Assembly (NCBI GenBank): GCA_029219285.1
Contig: JAQXTC010000131.1
Coordinates: 9,758-73,757, forward strand
Direction: 5' to 3'
DNA: 64,000 nt
Source of the DNA: Clostridiaceae bacterium
Lineage (GTDB): Bacteria > Bacillota > Clostridia > Clostridiales > Clostridiaceae
Below are positions 38,432-47,846 of the stretch, piece by piece (position 1 is the stretch's first letter; every line of letters begins with the position of its first letter). The notes below the pieces were generated by a model, which worked only from the letters and a program-made list of their open reading frames with translations, was not told where the DNA came from and did no database searches. A program made the position numbers and the translations under genes.

Positions 38432-39421
38432 ATGGGGGAATTATTTAACGGATACTTTAATATGACTATATTATTATCACTTGGAATAGGTTTTGTTGTA
38501 TCAGCAATACTTGGACCAATAATTATACCAATACTTCATAAGTTGAAGTTTGGTCAAAACATACGTAAGGAAGGACCACAAAGCCACTTGAAAAAATCAG
38601 GAACTCCAACAATTGGTGGTTTGATTTTCTTGATTTCAATTGTCGTAGTAATGATCTTTATGAAATACAAATTAGGCTATAGTTTTACTGATGAAGCTAT
38701 GGTAGTTTTATATGGAACATTAGCATTTGGACTTATTGGATTTTTAGATGATTTATTAAAGATAATTCATAAAGAAAATGAAGGACTTACTGCAAAACAA
38801 AAATTTGTATTACAATTACTTTTCTCAGCAGCAGTAGCATTTTACGGCTATAAGGTAATCGGGACAGAAATTTCATTTCCATTTATAGATTTAAAGTGGA
38901 ACATGCCAGTATGGCTTTATATTCCATTTGTTATATTCTATTTTGCAGCAGTAACTAATGCAGTAAACTTAACAGACGGATTAGATGGATTAGCAACATC
39001 AGTATCAGTGTTAGTTTTTACTTTCTTTAGTATAATAGCGTATCACTTAGGTCATCCAACAGTAGGAATATTTGCTATTGGACTTACAGGTGCATTGTTA
39101 GGTTTCTTATTGTATAATGCATATCCAGCAAAGGTATTTATGGGTGATACAGGATCATTAGCATTAGGCGGTGGACTTGCAACAATATTATTAGTACTAA
39201 AAAACCCATTTTTAGTTGTAGTTGTAGGATTAATTTATGTTATTGAAACCTTATCAGTAATTATACAAGTTACATCATTTAAATTGACAAGAAAAAGAGT
39301 ATTTAAAATGGCGCCAATTCATCATCATTTTGAGCAATGTGGATGGTCTGAAATAAAAATAGTAACTGTCTTTTCAGTAATAACTTTAGTTATGTGTGTA
39401 TTAGGTTTTATTTCTCTTTAA
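38432..39421 (+). CDS. mraY: phospho-N-acetylmuramoyl-pentapeptide transferase MraY
   Basis: 329 aa. NAVNLTDGLDGLA, FMGDTGSLALGG, APIHHHFE. Confidence 0.96.
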   Translation: MGELFNGYFNMTILLSLGIGFVVSAILGPIIIPILHKLKFGQNIRKEGPQSHLKKSGTPTIGGLIFLISIVVVMIFMKYKLGYSFTDEAMVVLYGTLAFGLIGFLDDLLKIIHKENEGLTAKQKFVLQLLFSAAVAFYGYKVIGTEISFPFIDLKWNMPVWLYIPFVIFYFAAVTNAVNLTDGLDGLATSVSVLVFTFFSIIAYHLGHPTVGIFAIGLTGALLGFLLYNAYPAKVFMGDTGSLALGGGLATILLVLKNPFLVVVVGLIYVIETLSVIIQVTSFKLTRKRVFKMAPIHHHFEQCGWSEIKIVTVFSVITLVMCVLGFISL

Positions 39422-39444
39422 GCAATAAATGTGGAGGTTTTTGA

Positions 39445-40566
39445 ATGGTTAAAGCTAACAAAAAAAGGAGGAAACTTGGCAATATCGATTATGGTTTATT
39501 TTATACTGTATTAGTATTGTTGGCTATAGGTATTGTAATGATCTATTCAGCAAGTTCCTACTATGCTATGCTTAATTATAAAGATAGCACATATTTTTTA
39601 AAGAAACAGCTTATATCTTGTGTTATTGGATTAGGAGCTATGGTATTTTTCATAATGTTTGATTATCATAAACTTAAAAAGTTCACTCTTCCTTTGATGA
39701 TAATTGCAGCACCACTTTTATTAGCTGTTTATGCTTTTGAACCAACAAATGGAGCGTACAGATGGATTAAGTTAGGACCTTTGTCTTTTCAACCATCTGA
39801 ACTTGCTAAATATGTTGTAGTTCTATTTTTAGCATATGGCTTATCTAATAAAGGTGATAGAGTAAAAGATTTTTGGACTGGAATAGTACCATTTTTATGT
39901 GTATCAGGATTTTATGCAGGTCTTGTTTTGTTGCAAAAAAACTTAAGTATAGCAACAATAATTATGATAGTAACCTTTGTTCTTTTGTTTACAGCAGGAG
40001 GAAGGCTGAAACATTTGTTTGGGTATATTGCCCCTTTACTGGTTGCAGCTGCAACATTTTTTACCCTTTCTTCTGGATATAGAAGAGCAAGATTGCTTAA
40101 TTTCATAGATCCTTGGCAAGATGCGGCAAAAAATGGTTATCAACTAATTCAATCATTTTATGCTTTAGGTGCTGGTGGAGTGTTAGGTTTGGGACTTGGA
40201 CAATCAAGGCAAAAAACATTATATATGCCAGAACCACATAATGATTTTATTTTTTCCATAATAGGAGAAGAGTTAGGTCTTGTAGGATGTTTAGTTATTA
40301 TTGCATTGTTTATTGTTTTAATTTGTAGAGGTGTTAAAACAGCATTAGAGGCAAAAGATACTTATGGTACATTATTAGCTATGGGTATTACTTCTATAAT
40401 TGGTTTCCAAACAATTATTAATATTGCCGTTGTTACTGGATCTATGCCAGTAACAGGAGTTCCATTACCTTTTATTAGTTATGGTGGTACTTCGTTGGCA
40501 TTCACAACGGCAGCAATTGGTATATTACTAAACATATCAAGACAAAAAGAAATTAATAGAAACTAA
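39445..40566 (+). CDS. SEDS-family peptidoglycan polymerase FtsW/SpoVE
   Basis: 373 aa and polytopic. SFQPSELAK, YMPEPHNDFIFSIIGEELG, VTGVPLPFISYGGTS. Confidence 0.92.
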   Translation: MVKANKKRRKLGNIDYGLFYTVLVLLAIGIVMIYSASSYYAMLNYKDSTYFLKKQLISCVIGLGAMVFFIMFDYHKLKKFTLPLMIIAAPLLLAVYAFEPTNGAYRWIKLGPLSFQPSELAKYVVVLFLAYGLSNKGDRVKDFWTGIVPFLCVSGFYAGLVLLQKNLSIATIIMIVTFVLLFTAGGRLKHLFGYIAPLLVAAATFFTLSSGYRRARLLNFIDPWQDAAKNGYQLIQSFYALGAGGVLGLGLGQSRQKTLYMPEPHNDFIFSIIGEELGLVGCLVIIALFIVLICRGVKTALEAKDTYGTLLAMGITSIIGFQTIINIAVVTGSMPVTGVPLPFISYGGTSLAFTTAAIGILLNISRQKEINRN

Positions 40567-40582
40567 TAGAAAATAATTGATT

Positions 40583-40622
40583 AAAGTGCTATAAAAAAAT
40601 AATTATTTATAGCACTTTTTTT
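40583..40622 (+). terminator. intrinsic terminator ending the mraZ...ftsW transcription unit
   Basis: 13-bp arms AAAGTGCTATAAA (40583-40595) / TTTATAGCACTTT (40606-40618); the T run continues to 40622. Confidence 0.8.
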
Positions 40623-40717
40623 ATTTATTTTAACTTTTTGTAATGAAAATGTTATATTTTAGTGGTATTATAATTATAGGATTTTATGTTAATTAATTTA
40701 AGGAAATAGGTAATTTT

Positions 40718-41464
40718 ATGACACAAACAGTTAATGAATATATAAAAAAGGCTAAACGCAGAAAAAAAATAAAAAAAATGTTTTTTCTATTTACATTGAT
40801 ATTAATATGTGCCGGTATAATTATAATATATACAGATTTATTTAAGATCAAATACATAAGTGTAACAGGGGATAACTTAGTAACAAAGGATTATATAACA
40901 GAACAGACTAAAAGTCTTAAAGGGGAAAATATTTTGTTTATATCAAATAGCAAACTTATGAACAAATTAAAGGATGATCCATATGTTAAGAACGTAGAGA
41001 TAAAACGTAAATACCCTAATAGTATTGAGATAAAGGTTACAGAAAAAAAGGGACTTTTTTATGTACAAGAAGGAGAAAAATATAAAATTATCAGCTGTGA
41101 CATGGATTATGTTGAGGAAACAGATTCTATAGAAGATAGAAATTTAATTCAATTAAAGGGACTAGATTTATCTAATAAAAAGTTAGGAGATAAATTGGAA
41201 GAAAACCCAAGAATTGAAACATTACTAAATAATATATATGTTATTGACCAGCTAATTGCAGATAAATCAATAAATGCACAACTAAATAGTTTCGATATTA
41301 CTGATTTGTCTAAGATAAGGGGATATATAGGTGAAATTGAGGTTTATGTTGGGAGTGACGAAAATTTTAAAAATAAAATGGTGACAGCTTTAGGGATATA
41401 TGAAAAAAATATAGCAAAAAAATATATTAATGTAAGCTTTGACGGATCTCCAGATATAGAATAA
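40718..41464 (+). CDS. cell division protein DivIB/FtsQ (POTRA domain)
   Basis: 248 aa. Basic N-terminus, one TM, then a POTRA-like segment IKYISVTGDNLVTKDYITEQ...YVKNVEIKRKYPNSIEIKVTEKK. Confidence 0.75.
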   Translation: MTQTVNEYIKKAKRRKKIKKMFFLFTLILICAGIIIIYTDLFKIKYISVTGDNLVTKDYITEQTKSLKGENILFISNSKLMNKLKDDPYVKNVEIKRKYPNSIEIKVTEKKGLFYVQEGEKYKIISCDMDYVEETDSIEDRNLIQLKGLDLSNKKLGDKLEENPRIETLLNNIYVIDQLIADKSINAQLNSFDITDLSKIRGYIGEIEVYVGSDENFKNKMVTALGIYEKNIAKKYINVSFDGSPDIE

Positions 41465-41478
41465 GAGGGAGGATGTAT

Positions 41479-42207
41479 ATGAAAAATATTAGAGCACAAG
41501 TTGCAGTAGCAATTGTATGTAGCCTGTTGGGATTTTTGTTAATGCATCAATATAAGGTATTATCTGCTGTGGATAATGAAGAAAGTATCTCTAATAGTCA
41601 AGATATTATTAGTGAGATTGAAAGTTTAAAAAAAGAAAAAGAAGAATTATCTAAAACCAATGCTGAGTTAACAGAACAGTTAAAAAAGATAGAAGATAAT
41701 GCTACTAAAAATGGGGAAGTAGAGAAAGAAGTTAAAAATCAATTAGATAGTGCCAGAATGCAGTTGGGACTTGTTGACGTAAAAGGACCTGGAGTTACGA
41801 TAACAATAACACCCAAAAACAATATTTTTAGTTCAGGAAGTAGTGATACTACAACTGTTGGTGATGAAGAATTAGTTCATCTTGTCAATTTGTTATGGTT
41901 TTCAAAGGCTGAAGCTATTTCAATAAATAATTATAGAGTTACTCCTCAAACTGGAATAAAGGTTTCAGGTAGTTGGATTTGGATAGGAACTGCAGGGAAA
42001 ATAAGTCCTAGTGAACCTATAGTTATTGAAGCTATTGGCGATAAAAATAGATTAAATGTAGGAGTTACATTTCAAAGTAGTGTTAACTTGAGGTATAAAT
42101 CTCTTGTGAATTATAATGTTGAAGTAAAGCAAACTGACGACATTGTAATGGAAAAAACCACACAAACTTTAAAGAATGATCATATTACTCCTGTAAGTGG
42201 TAAGTAA
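41479..42207 (+). CDS. DUF881 domain protein (YlxW/YlxX-like division/sporulation-associated)
   Basis: N-terminal TM, a coiled coil, then VKGPGVTITI...AEAISINNYRV typical of DUF881. ATG 41479 is preferred because GAGGGAGG abuts the listed ATG 41473. Confidence 0.75.
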   Translation: MKNIRAQVAVAIVCSLLGFLLMHQYKVLSAVDNEESISNSQDIISEIESLKKEKEELSKTNAELTEQLKKIEDNATKNGEVEKEVKNQLDSARMQLGLVDVKGPGVTITITPKNNIFSSGSSDTTTVGDEELVHLVNLLWFSKAEAISINNYRVTPQTGIKVSGSWIWIGTAGKISPSEPIVIEAIGDKNRLNVGVTFQSSVNLRYKSLVNYNVEVKQTDDIVMEKTTQTLKNDHITPVSGK

Positions 42208-42219
42208 GGAGGACAAGCG

Positions 42220-42579
42220 ATGGTAGCAGTAATTGGTTTATTGATAGGAGCAATTTTGGGATTTATTCTAGATATAAATATACCAGAAAGATTTTCACCA
42301 TATATGTCAGTAGCAATACTTGCATGTCTTGATTCTGTATTTGGTGCACTTAGAGCTAATCTTTCAAAAAAGTTTGAACCAAGTATATTTATTTCTGGTT
42401 TTTTTGGTAATGCAATACTAGCTGTTGCTTTAGCATTTTTAGGTGATAAGCTAGGAATTCCAATTTATATTGCCGCTGTAATAGTATTTGGTGGAAGAAT
42501 ATTTAATAACTTTGCAATAATAAGAAGACTTGTAATAGAAAAAGTCAAATTAAACCGTAGGGGTAGAAAAAATGATTAA
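42220..42579 (+). CDS. sbp: small basic protein Sbp (DUF1290)
   Basis: 119 aa membrane protein sitting between two DUF881 genes, as in the B. subtilis ylxW-ylxX-sbp region. Basic C-terminus KLNRRGRKND. Confidence 0.7.
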   Translation: MVAVIGLLIGAILGFILDINIPERFSPYMSVAILACLDSVFGALRANLSKKFEPSIFISGFFGNAILAVALAFLGDKLGIPIYIAAVIVFGGRIFNNFAIIRRLVIEKVKLNRRGRKND

Positions 42580-43309
42580 TAAAGGGAAGATTGTCCTTTT
42601 CTTAACTACTTCATTAGTAGGATTCTTGATTGCATTAAATTTTAATTTTGATAGAACAAGTTACAAATTAGAATTGAATACTAAAGAATACCAAAATGCA
42701 GTAGAAACAAGAAATAAGTTGCAAAAGGAAGTTGCAAATCTTCATGAGGTAAATAGTTCAATACAATCTCAACTTAATAAGTATGAACATCCTGGAGTAG
42801 ACAGTGAAAAAGTTGTTCAAGATATGAAAGGATTAACAGCAGATTATGGAATGCTTACTGGTTTAAATGAATGTGAAGGTCCTGGAATAGTTATAACTAT
42901 AAAAGATGGAAGTATTTTTGATTCAGATACAAAATACGAAGCAGATCGTAAAGTTCTTCACTATACTGATATGGCAAATGTGCTAAATGAAATTAGATTT
43001 GCTGGTGGAGAGGCTATTTCTATTAACAATCATAGAATTTCTCCTATGACTGCAGTGGCATGTCAATATGCTTTTATAGGATTTGAAGATGAAGATTCTG
43101 AGTATGCACCTTTTAATATATATGTAATTGGTGATCCAGAAACTTTGAAAGCTTCATTATTAGAACAAGGTAGTTATATCAATAGATTGAATATTAGAGG
43201 CCTTTCTGTTGATATTGAAGTTAAAGAAAAAATAAAAATGCCTGCAGCGAATTTAAGACAAATGGAAGATATTGATCAATATATCGATAAAGATAATGGG
43301 GAAAATTAA
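42572..43309 (+). CDS. DUF881 domain protein (second paralogue)
   Basis: 245 aa. TM, coiled coil, then CEGPGIVITI...GEAISINNHRI. 8-nt overlap with sbp. Confidence 0.75.
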   Translation: MINKGKIVLFLTTSLVGFLIALNFNFDRTSYKLELNTKEYQNAVETRNKLQKEVANLHEVNSSIQSQLNKYEHPGVDSEKVVQDMKGLTADYGMLTGLNECEGPGIVITIKDGSIFDSDTKYEADRKVLHYTDMANVLNEIRFAGGEAISINNHRISPMTAVACQYAFIGFEDEDSEYAPFNIYVIGDPETLKASLLEQGSYINRLNIRGLSVDIEVKEKIKMPAANLRQMEDIDQYIDKDNGEN

Positions 43310-43386
43310 ATTTAATTCTTATTTTGAAGGAAAATTTGATTTTATGCAGAATAATAATATTGGGATTTTGTACATCTTAAGGGGGC

Positions 43387-44073
43387 ATGACTATGAGTAT
43401 TAGTCAAAACATAAAAGATATAAAAAAAGAAATACCAAGTTCTGTTACATTGTTAGCAGTATCAAAGACAAAACCCTTAGAAATGCTTGAAGAAGCATAT
43501 AAGGTTGGAGTTAGAGATTTTGGCGAAAATAAAGTACAGGAACTGATGAAAAAACAAGAGTGTTTTCATGATGATGTACGATGGCATTTAATTGGTAAAC
43601 TTCAAACCAATAAAGTAAAATATATTGTTGGAAAAGTGTATTTGATTCATTCTTTATCAAGTATAAAATTATTAAATCAAATTGAAAAAGAATATGGAAA
43701 GCAAAACAAAGTTGCTAATACATTGATTCAAATTAATATTGGTCGTGAGGAAAGTAAAAGTGGAATACTATTAGAAGAACTAGATTCTTTAATAAATGCA
43801 GTCGAAGGATGTAAATTTGTTAAAGTTAGTGGTATAATGGTTATTATTCCAAAAGGTAATGAAGAACAAAATAGAATATACTTTAATAAGACCAAGAAAA
43901 TTTATGATAGTCTTAAAAATAATAAGTATAAGAACATTGAAATGAAAACTTTATCTATGGGAATGACTCATGATTACAAAATTGCTATAGAAGAAGGATC
44001 TAACCTAGTAAGGGTAGGAGAAGGTATTTTTGGAAAGAGAGATTATAGTTTAGGAGGATTAAAAAATGAGTAA
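43387..44073 (+). CDS. yggS: YggS/YlmE family pyridoxal-phosphate homeostasis protein
   Basis: 228 aa. LLAVSKTKP (PLP lysine), [28 protein letters not shown]. Confidence 0.9.
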   Translation: MTMSISQNIKDIKKEIPSSVTLLAVSKTKPLEMLEEAYKVGVRDFGENKVQELMKKQECFHDDVRWHLIGKLQTNKVKYIVGKVYLIHSLSSIKLLNQIEKEYGKQNKVANTLIQINIGREESKSGILLEELDSLINAVEGCKFVKVSGIMVIIPKGNEEQNRIYFNKTKKIYDSLKNNKYKNIEMKTLSMGMTHDYKIAIEEGSNLVRVGEGIFGKRDYSLGGLKNE

Positions 44074-44530
44074 TGTAATGACAAAGGTTAAATCACTATT
44101 AGGATTTGGAGAGTATGAGGACGAATATGATGATTTCGATGACTTCGATGAAGTAGAAAACGAATCAGAAGAAATGGATGAAGCTATAGAACCTGTAATA
44201 CAAGGAAGTAGAAAAAATAATAAAGTAGTTAATATTCATTCAGCAGCATCTGTAAAGGTAACTATAACTAAGCCTTTAGCTTATGATGAAGCAACAGAAA
44301 TAAGTGATGCATTAAAAAATAGAAGAATTGTATTAGTTAATACTACAGCTCTAGAAATTAGAATAGCTCAAAGATTATTAGATTTCATTAGTGGTACTTG
44401 CTATGCTTTAGGTGGAGAACTTCAACAAATAGAAAAAGGAGTTTACTTATTAGCGCCATCTAATATAGAAGTTACTAATGAATTAAAGTCAGAATTAAGT
44501 TCTAAAGCAATGTTCAGCTGGACTAAGTAG
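44066..44530 (+). CDS. sepF: cell division protein SepF
   Basis: 154 aa. Acidic linker, then the C-terminal SepF domain [27 protein letters not shown]...[14 protein letters not shown]. Confidence 0.9.
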   Translation: MSNVMTKVKSLLGFGEYEDEYDDFDDFDEVENESEEMDEAIEPVIQGSRKNNKVVNIHSAASVKVTITKPLAYDEATEISDALKNRRIVLVNTTALEIRIAQRLLDFISGTCYALGGELQQIEKGVYLLAPSNIEVTNELKSELSSKAMFSWTK

Positions 44531-44538
44531 GGAAAAGT

Positions 44539-44802
44539 ATGGGAATTATTCCAACTATCTTAGTTAGACTTATTTATGTTGTAGAAATATTAATTATTAT
44601 TGAAAGTTTGATGTCTTGGATTATAAGAGATAACAGAAATGAGATATTAAATTCATTAAGAACAATAACAAATCCTATTTTAGAGCCTTTAAGGAAACTT
44701 CAAGATGATTTTTTGCCAAGCAGTATGGGAATAGACTTGTCACCTTTATTAGCTTTAATCCTATTACAAATTTTAACTAGGGTTATAATTATAATCTTGT
44801 AA
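44539..44802 (+). CDS. YggT family membrane protein
   Basis: 87 aa with two hydrophobic segments. Conserved position after sepF. IDLSPLLALILLQIL. Confidence 0.8.
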   Translation: MGIIPTILVRLIYVVEILIIIESLMSWIIRDNRNEILNSLRTITNPILEPLRKLQDDFLPSSMGIDLSPLLALILLQILTRVIIIIL

Positions 44803-44807
44803 TTATT

Positions 44808-45575
44808 ATGGATAAAAAAAGTATATTAATTAATTTTGGTGAAGAAGATAAAGATGATGTTATTAATCTTTATGAGAAGTACAGATTATCTTTAGAAAGA
44901 GATATACCTCTTTTCGGAAATAATTTTTATTCACCAAATGTGTGGAAGTATTTTGAAATGCATCTAGGAAGTAAAGAGTTTAAAGTAGAATCTAATGGGT
45001 TGTTTGAAGATAGTGAAAGAAGAATGATTTCTTTTAATAATCTTTATAATATTCCCTATCCTATGAAAGTACTTAAAATTACTAATGGTTCTCATTTTAG
45101 TAATTTAACTCATAGAGATTTTTTAGGTGCAATTCTTTCACTTGGGATTAAAAGAAATAAAATAGGTGATTTGTTAGTTAAGGATAATATATGTTATTTG
45201 CCTGTTTGTGAAGATATTGCTGATTTTATTATAGGAAATTTAAGTTCTGTTAGGAAATCTCCATGTGAAATTTCAATTTTAGATGAGAATTTAGAGTTAC
45301 CAACTTTTGATTTTAAAGAATTGATTATACTAGTTCAATCCTTAAGAATAGATTCAATAGTTGCAAAACTTAATAATGTATCAAGAGCAAAAGCACAAAG
45401 TCTTATTGATAGTGGTAAAGTTTTAATAGATTATAATGAACCGAAAAGCAAAGGTGAAGAAGTAGCACAAGGACAAAGAATTACTATAAGAGGAAATGGT
45501 AAGTTTATATTAGGAGACATAATAGGCACTAGTAAAAGTGGGAAGTTTAAGGTTGAAATAAAAAAATATACATAA
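44808..45575 (+). CDS. ylmH: YlmH-like RNA-binding (S4 domain) protein
   Basis: 255 aa. HRDFLGAILSLGIKRNKIGDL, a C-terminal S4-like RIDSIVAKLNNVSRAKAQSLIDSGKVLIDY, and a position between yggT and divIVA. Confidence 0.85.
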   Translation: MDKKSILINFGEEDKDDVINLYEKYRLSLERDIPLFGNNFYSPNVWKYFEMHLGSKEFKVESNGLFEDSERRMISFNNLYNIPYPMKVLKITNGSHFSNLTHRDFLGAILSLGIKRNKIGDLLVKDNICYLPVCEDIADFIIGNLSSVRKSPCEISILDENLELPTFDFKELIILVQSLRIDSIVAKLNNVSRAKAQSLIDSGKVLIDYNEPKSKGEEVAQGQRITIRGNGKFILGDIIGTSKSGKFKVEIKKYT

Positions 45576-45590
45576 TGAGGTGAAAATGGT

Positions 45591-46196
45591 ATGAAGATTA
45601 CACCAATGGACATTAACAATAAAGAATTTAAGAGAGGATTAAGAGGATATAATCCAGAAGAAGTTGATGAATTCTTAGACGAAATAGTTGAAAATTATGA
45701 AGAATTATATAAGGATAATTCAAAACTAAAAGAGAAGTTAACGGCAGCAAATGAAAAAATAGATCATTATGAAAAAATTGAAAGTACAATTCAAAATACA
45801 TTAGTATTAGCGCAAACTGCTGCAGAACAAGCAAAACAATCAGCACAAAAAGAAGCTGAATTAGTTGTTAAAAATGCTAATGAAACAGCTCAAAAAATAT
45901 TAGACAAAGCTCATAATGATGTTATTGAAATTAATTCTGAATTTGAAAAGGTTAAACAAGAGTTTATAAAGTTTAGAGCTAAGTATAGAAACTTTATTAC
46001 TACACAGTTAGAAACTTTTGATGATTTAGAAAGAGATGTTAATAGAAACTATAGCATTGCAATGCCAATAGAAGATGAAATAGAAGCAAAAGAAACTGAA
46101 TTTGGGGAAGAAGAAATCCATGAAGTTGATGAAGAAATTCATGAAGAGATGGAACAAATTAAAAGTTTCTTTGCTTCAAATGATGAAGATGAATAA
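45591..46196 (+). CDS. divIVA: DivIVA domain cell division/polarity protein
   Basis: MKITPMDINNKEFKRGLRGYNPEEVDEFLDEI is the canonical DivIVA N-terminus, followed by a coiled coil. Confidence 0.92.
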   Translation: MKITPMDINNKEFKRGLRGYNPEEVDEFLDEIVENYEELYKDNSKLKEKLTAANEKIDHYEKIESTIQNTLVLAQTAAEQAKQSAQKEAELVVKNANETAQKILDKAHNDVIEINSEFEKVKQEFIKFRAKYRNFITTQLETFDDLERDVNRNYSIAMPIEDEIEAKETEFGEEEIHEVDEEIHEEMEQIKSFFASNDEDE

Positions 46197-46210
46197 AATT
46201 ATATTTTTGT

Positions 46211-46239
46211 AAAAAGGTTGCTTTTAAGTGGCCTTTTTT
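46211..46239 (+). terminator. weak intrinsic terminator after divIVA
   Basis: AAAAAGG (46211-46217) ... CCTTTTT (46232-46238). A-T-rich 7-bp stem with a 14-nt loop and a T run. Confidence 0.4.
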
Positions 46240-46305
46240 ATTTATGCGGATTTTTAGCATGACTTTTTATTGTAATAATTCTTAGGATGGTGTAAATACA
46301 TAATA

Positions 46306-46334
46306 TTGATAGTTCAAAGGTGTTATATTATAAT
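46306..46334 (+). promoter_or_regulatory. sigma-A-type promoter for rluD-pyrR operon
   Basis: TTGATA (46306-46311), a 17-nt spacer, then TATAAT (46329-46334). The listed GTG start 46320 falls in the spacer. Confidence 0.6.
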
Positions 46335-46367
46335 GTTAAAGTAATAAAGATGATGAAAGGATTAGTC

Positions 46368-47285
46368 ATGAACGAAACTGTTTTTATTGTAGAGGAAAAC
46401 TATGAAGGTGCACGTGTAGATAAATATTTATCTGAGATAATAGATGGAAAATCAAGATCATACCTTCAAGGACTAATAAAAAAAGGTAATATATTAGTTA
46501 ACGATAAAGAAATAAAAAGTAATTATAAGTTAAAAACATTGGACGAAATAAAGGTAAATATGCCTGAACCTTTAGAGCTTAAGGTAGAGGCGGAAGACAT
46601 TCCATTAGATATAATTTATGAGGATAGTGATTGTATAGTAGTTAATAAACCTCAAGGTATGGTTGTACATCCTGCACCAGGAAATTATACAGGAACACTT
46701 GTTAATGCACTATTATACCATTGTAAGGATTTATCAACTATTAATGGGGTAATAAGGCCTGGAATTGTACATAGAATAGATAAAGATACCACGGGAATAT
46801 TAGTGGTGGCTAAAAATGATACTTCACATAACTTTTTATCTAAGCAGCTTAGAAATCATTCAATGAAGAGAGAATATATTGCTTTAGTTGAGGGAAGAAT
46901 TACAGCAGATAAGGGAACTGTAGATAAACCTCTTGCTAGAAGCAAAAAAGATAGATTGAAAATTGCTATTGTAGAAGGAGGCAGAAGAGCTGTAACCCAT
47001 TATGAAGTTCTTGAAAGATTTAAGTCAACCACATTAATAAAATGTGTTTTAGAGACAGGACGAACACATCAAATAAGAGTTCATATGGCGTCACTTGGAC
47101 ATCCGTTAGTAGGAGATCCTGTGTATGGATTTAAGAAACAAAAATATAAACTTCAAGGTCAAATGCTTCATGCTAAGACATTAGGATTTATTCATCCAAC
47201 AACAAAAAGCTATATGGAATTTACATCGAAGCTTCCAGATTATTATGAGGATTTATTAAACAAATTAAGAAAAGAAACACTTTAG
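46368..47285 (+). CDS. rluD: 23S rRNA pseudouridine synthase, RluA family (RluD-like) with N-terminal S4 domain
   Basis: GARVDKYLS (S4), HRIDKDTTGILVVAKN (catalytic Asp), TGRTHQIRVH. ATG 46368 is preceded by AAAGGA. Confidence 0.9.
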   Translation: MNETVFIVEENYEGARVDKYLSEIIDGKSRSYLQGLIKKGNILVNDKEIKSNYKLKTLDEIKVNMPEPLELKVEAEDIPLDIIYEDSDCIVVNKPQGMVVHPAPGNYTGTLVNALLYHCKDLSTINGVIRPGIVHRIDKDTTGILVVAKNDTSHNFLSKQLRNHSMKREYIALVEGRITADKGTVDKPLARSKKDRLKIAIVEGGRRAVTHYEVLERFKSTTLIKCVLETGRTHQIRVHMASLGHPLVGDPVYGFKKQKYKLQGQMLHAKTLGFIHPTTKSYMEFTSKLPDYYEDLLNKLRKETL

Positions 47286-47295
47286 GAGGTAATTT

Positions 47296-47832
47296 ATGAA
47301 ACTTAAAGCTAATCTACTAGATGAAAAAGCTATAAAGAGAAGTTTAATTAGAATTTCTCATGAGATAATTGAAAGAAATAAAGGGGTAGAGGATATTGTC
47401 TTGCTAGGAATTAAGAGAAGAGGATATCCTATTGCAGAAAGAATAGGTAAGCATATTAAACAAATTGAAGATGTTGAAGTTCCAGTAGGAAATGTTGATA
47501 TTACATTTTATAGAGATGATTTATCCCATGATGATAAAGTACCTGAAGTTGCAAGTATTAATATAGACGTAGACATACAAGATAAAATTATAGTTTTAGT
47601 TGATGATGTATTATTTACTTGTAGAACAGTAAGAGCTGCTATGGATGCTATTATTGATGTAGCTAGACCTAAAGCTATTCAATTAGCTGTACTTATAGAT
47701 AGAGGTCATAAAGAACTTCCTATAAGAGCAGATTATGTAGGAAAGAATATACCAACTTCTAAAAATGAAATAATAGAAGTTGCTATAGAAGAAATAGACG
47801 GTGAAGATTCTGTAAAGATATTTGAAGAATAA
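47296..47832 (+). CDS. pyrR: bifunctional pyr operon regulator / uracil phosphoribosyltransferase PyrR
   Basis: 178 aa. [12 protein letters not shown] and the PRPP motif [18 protein letters not shown]. Confidence 0.92.
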   Translation: MKLKANLLDEKAIKRSLIRISHEIIERNKGVEDIVLLGIKRRGYPIAERIGKHIKQIEDVEVPVGNVDITFYRDDLSHDDKVPEVASINIDVDIQDKIIVLVDDVLFTCRTVRAAMDAIIDVARPKAIQLAVLIDRGHKELPIRADYVGKNIPTSKNEIIEVAIEEIDGEDSVKIFEE

Positions 47833-47846
47833 AAGGAGAATTATAA

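Noticed and set aside
39873-40106. 69-aa plus-strand and 64-aa minus-strand ORFs inside ftsW/spoVE.
   Set aside because: They are alternate frames of a polytopic SEDS gene whose own frame carries the conserved motifs.
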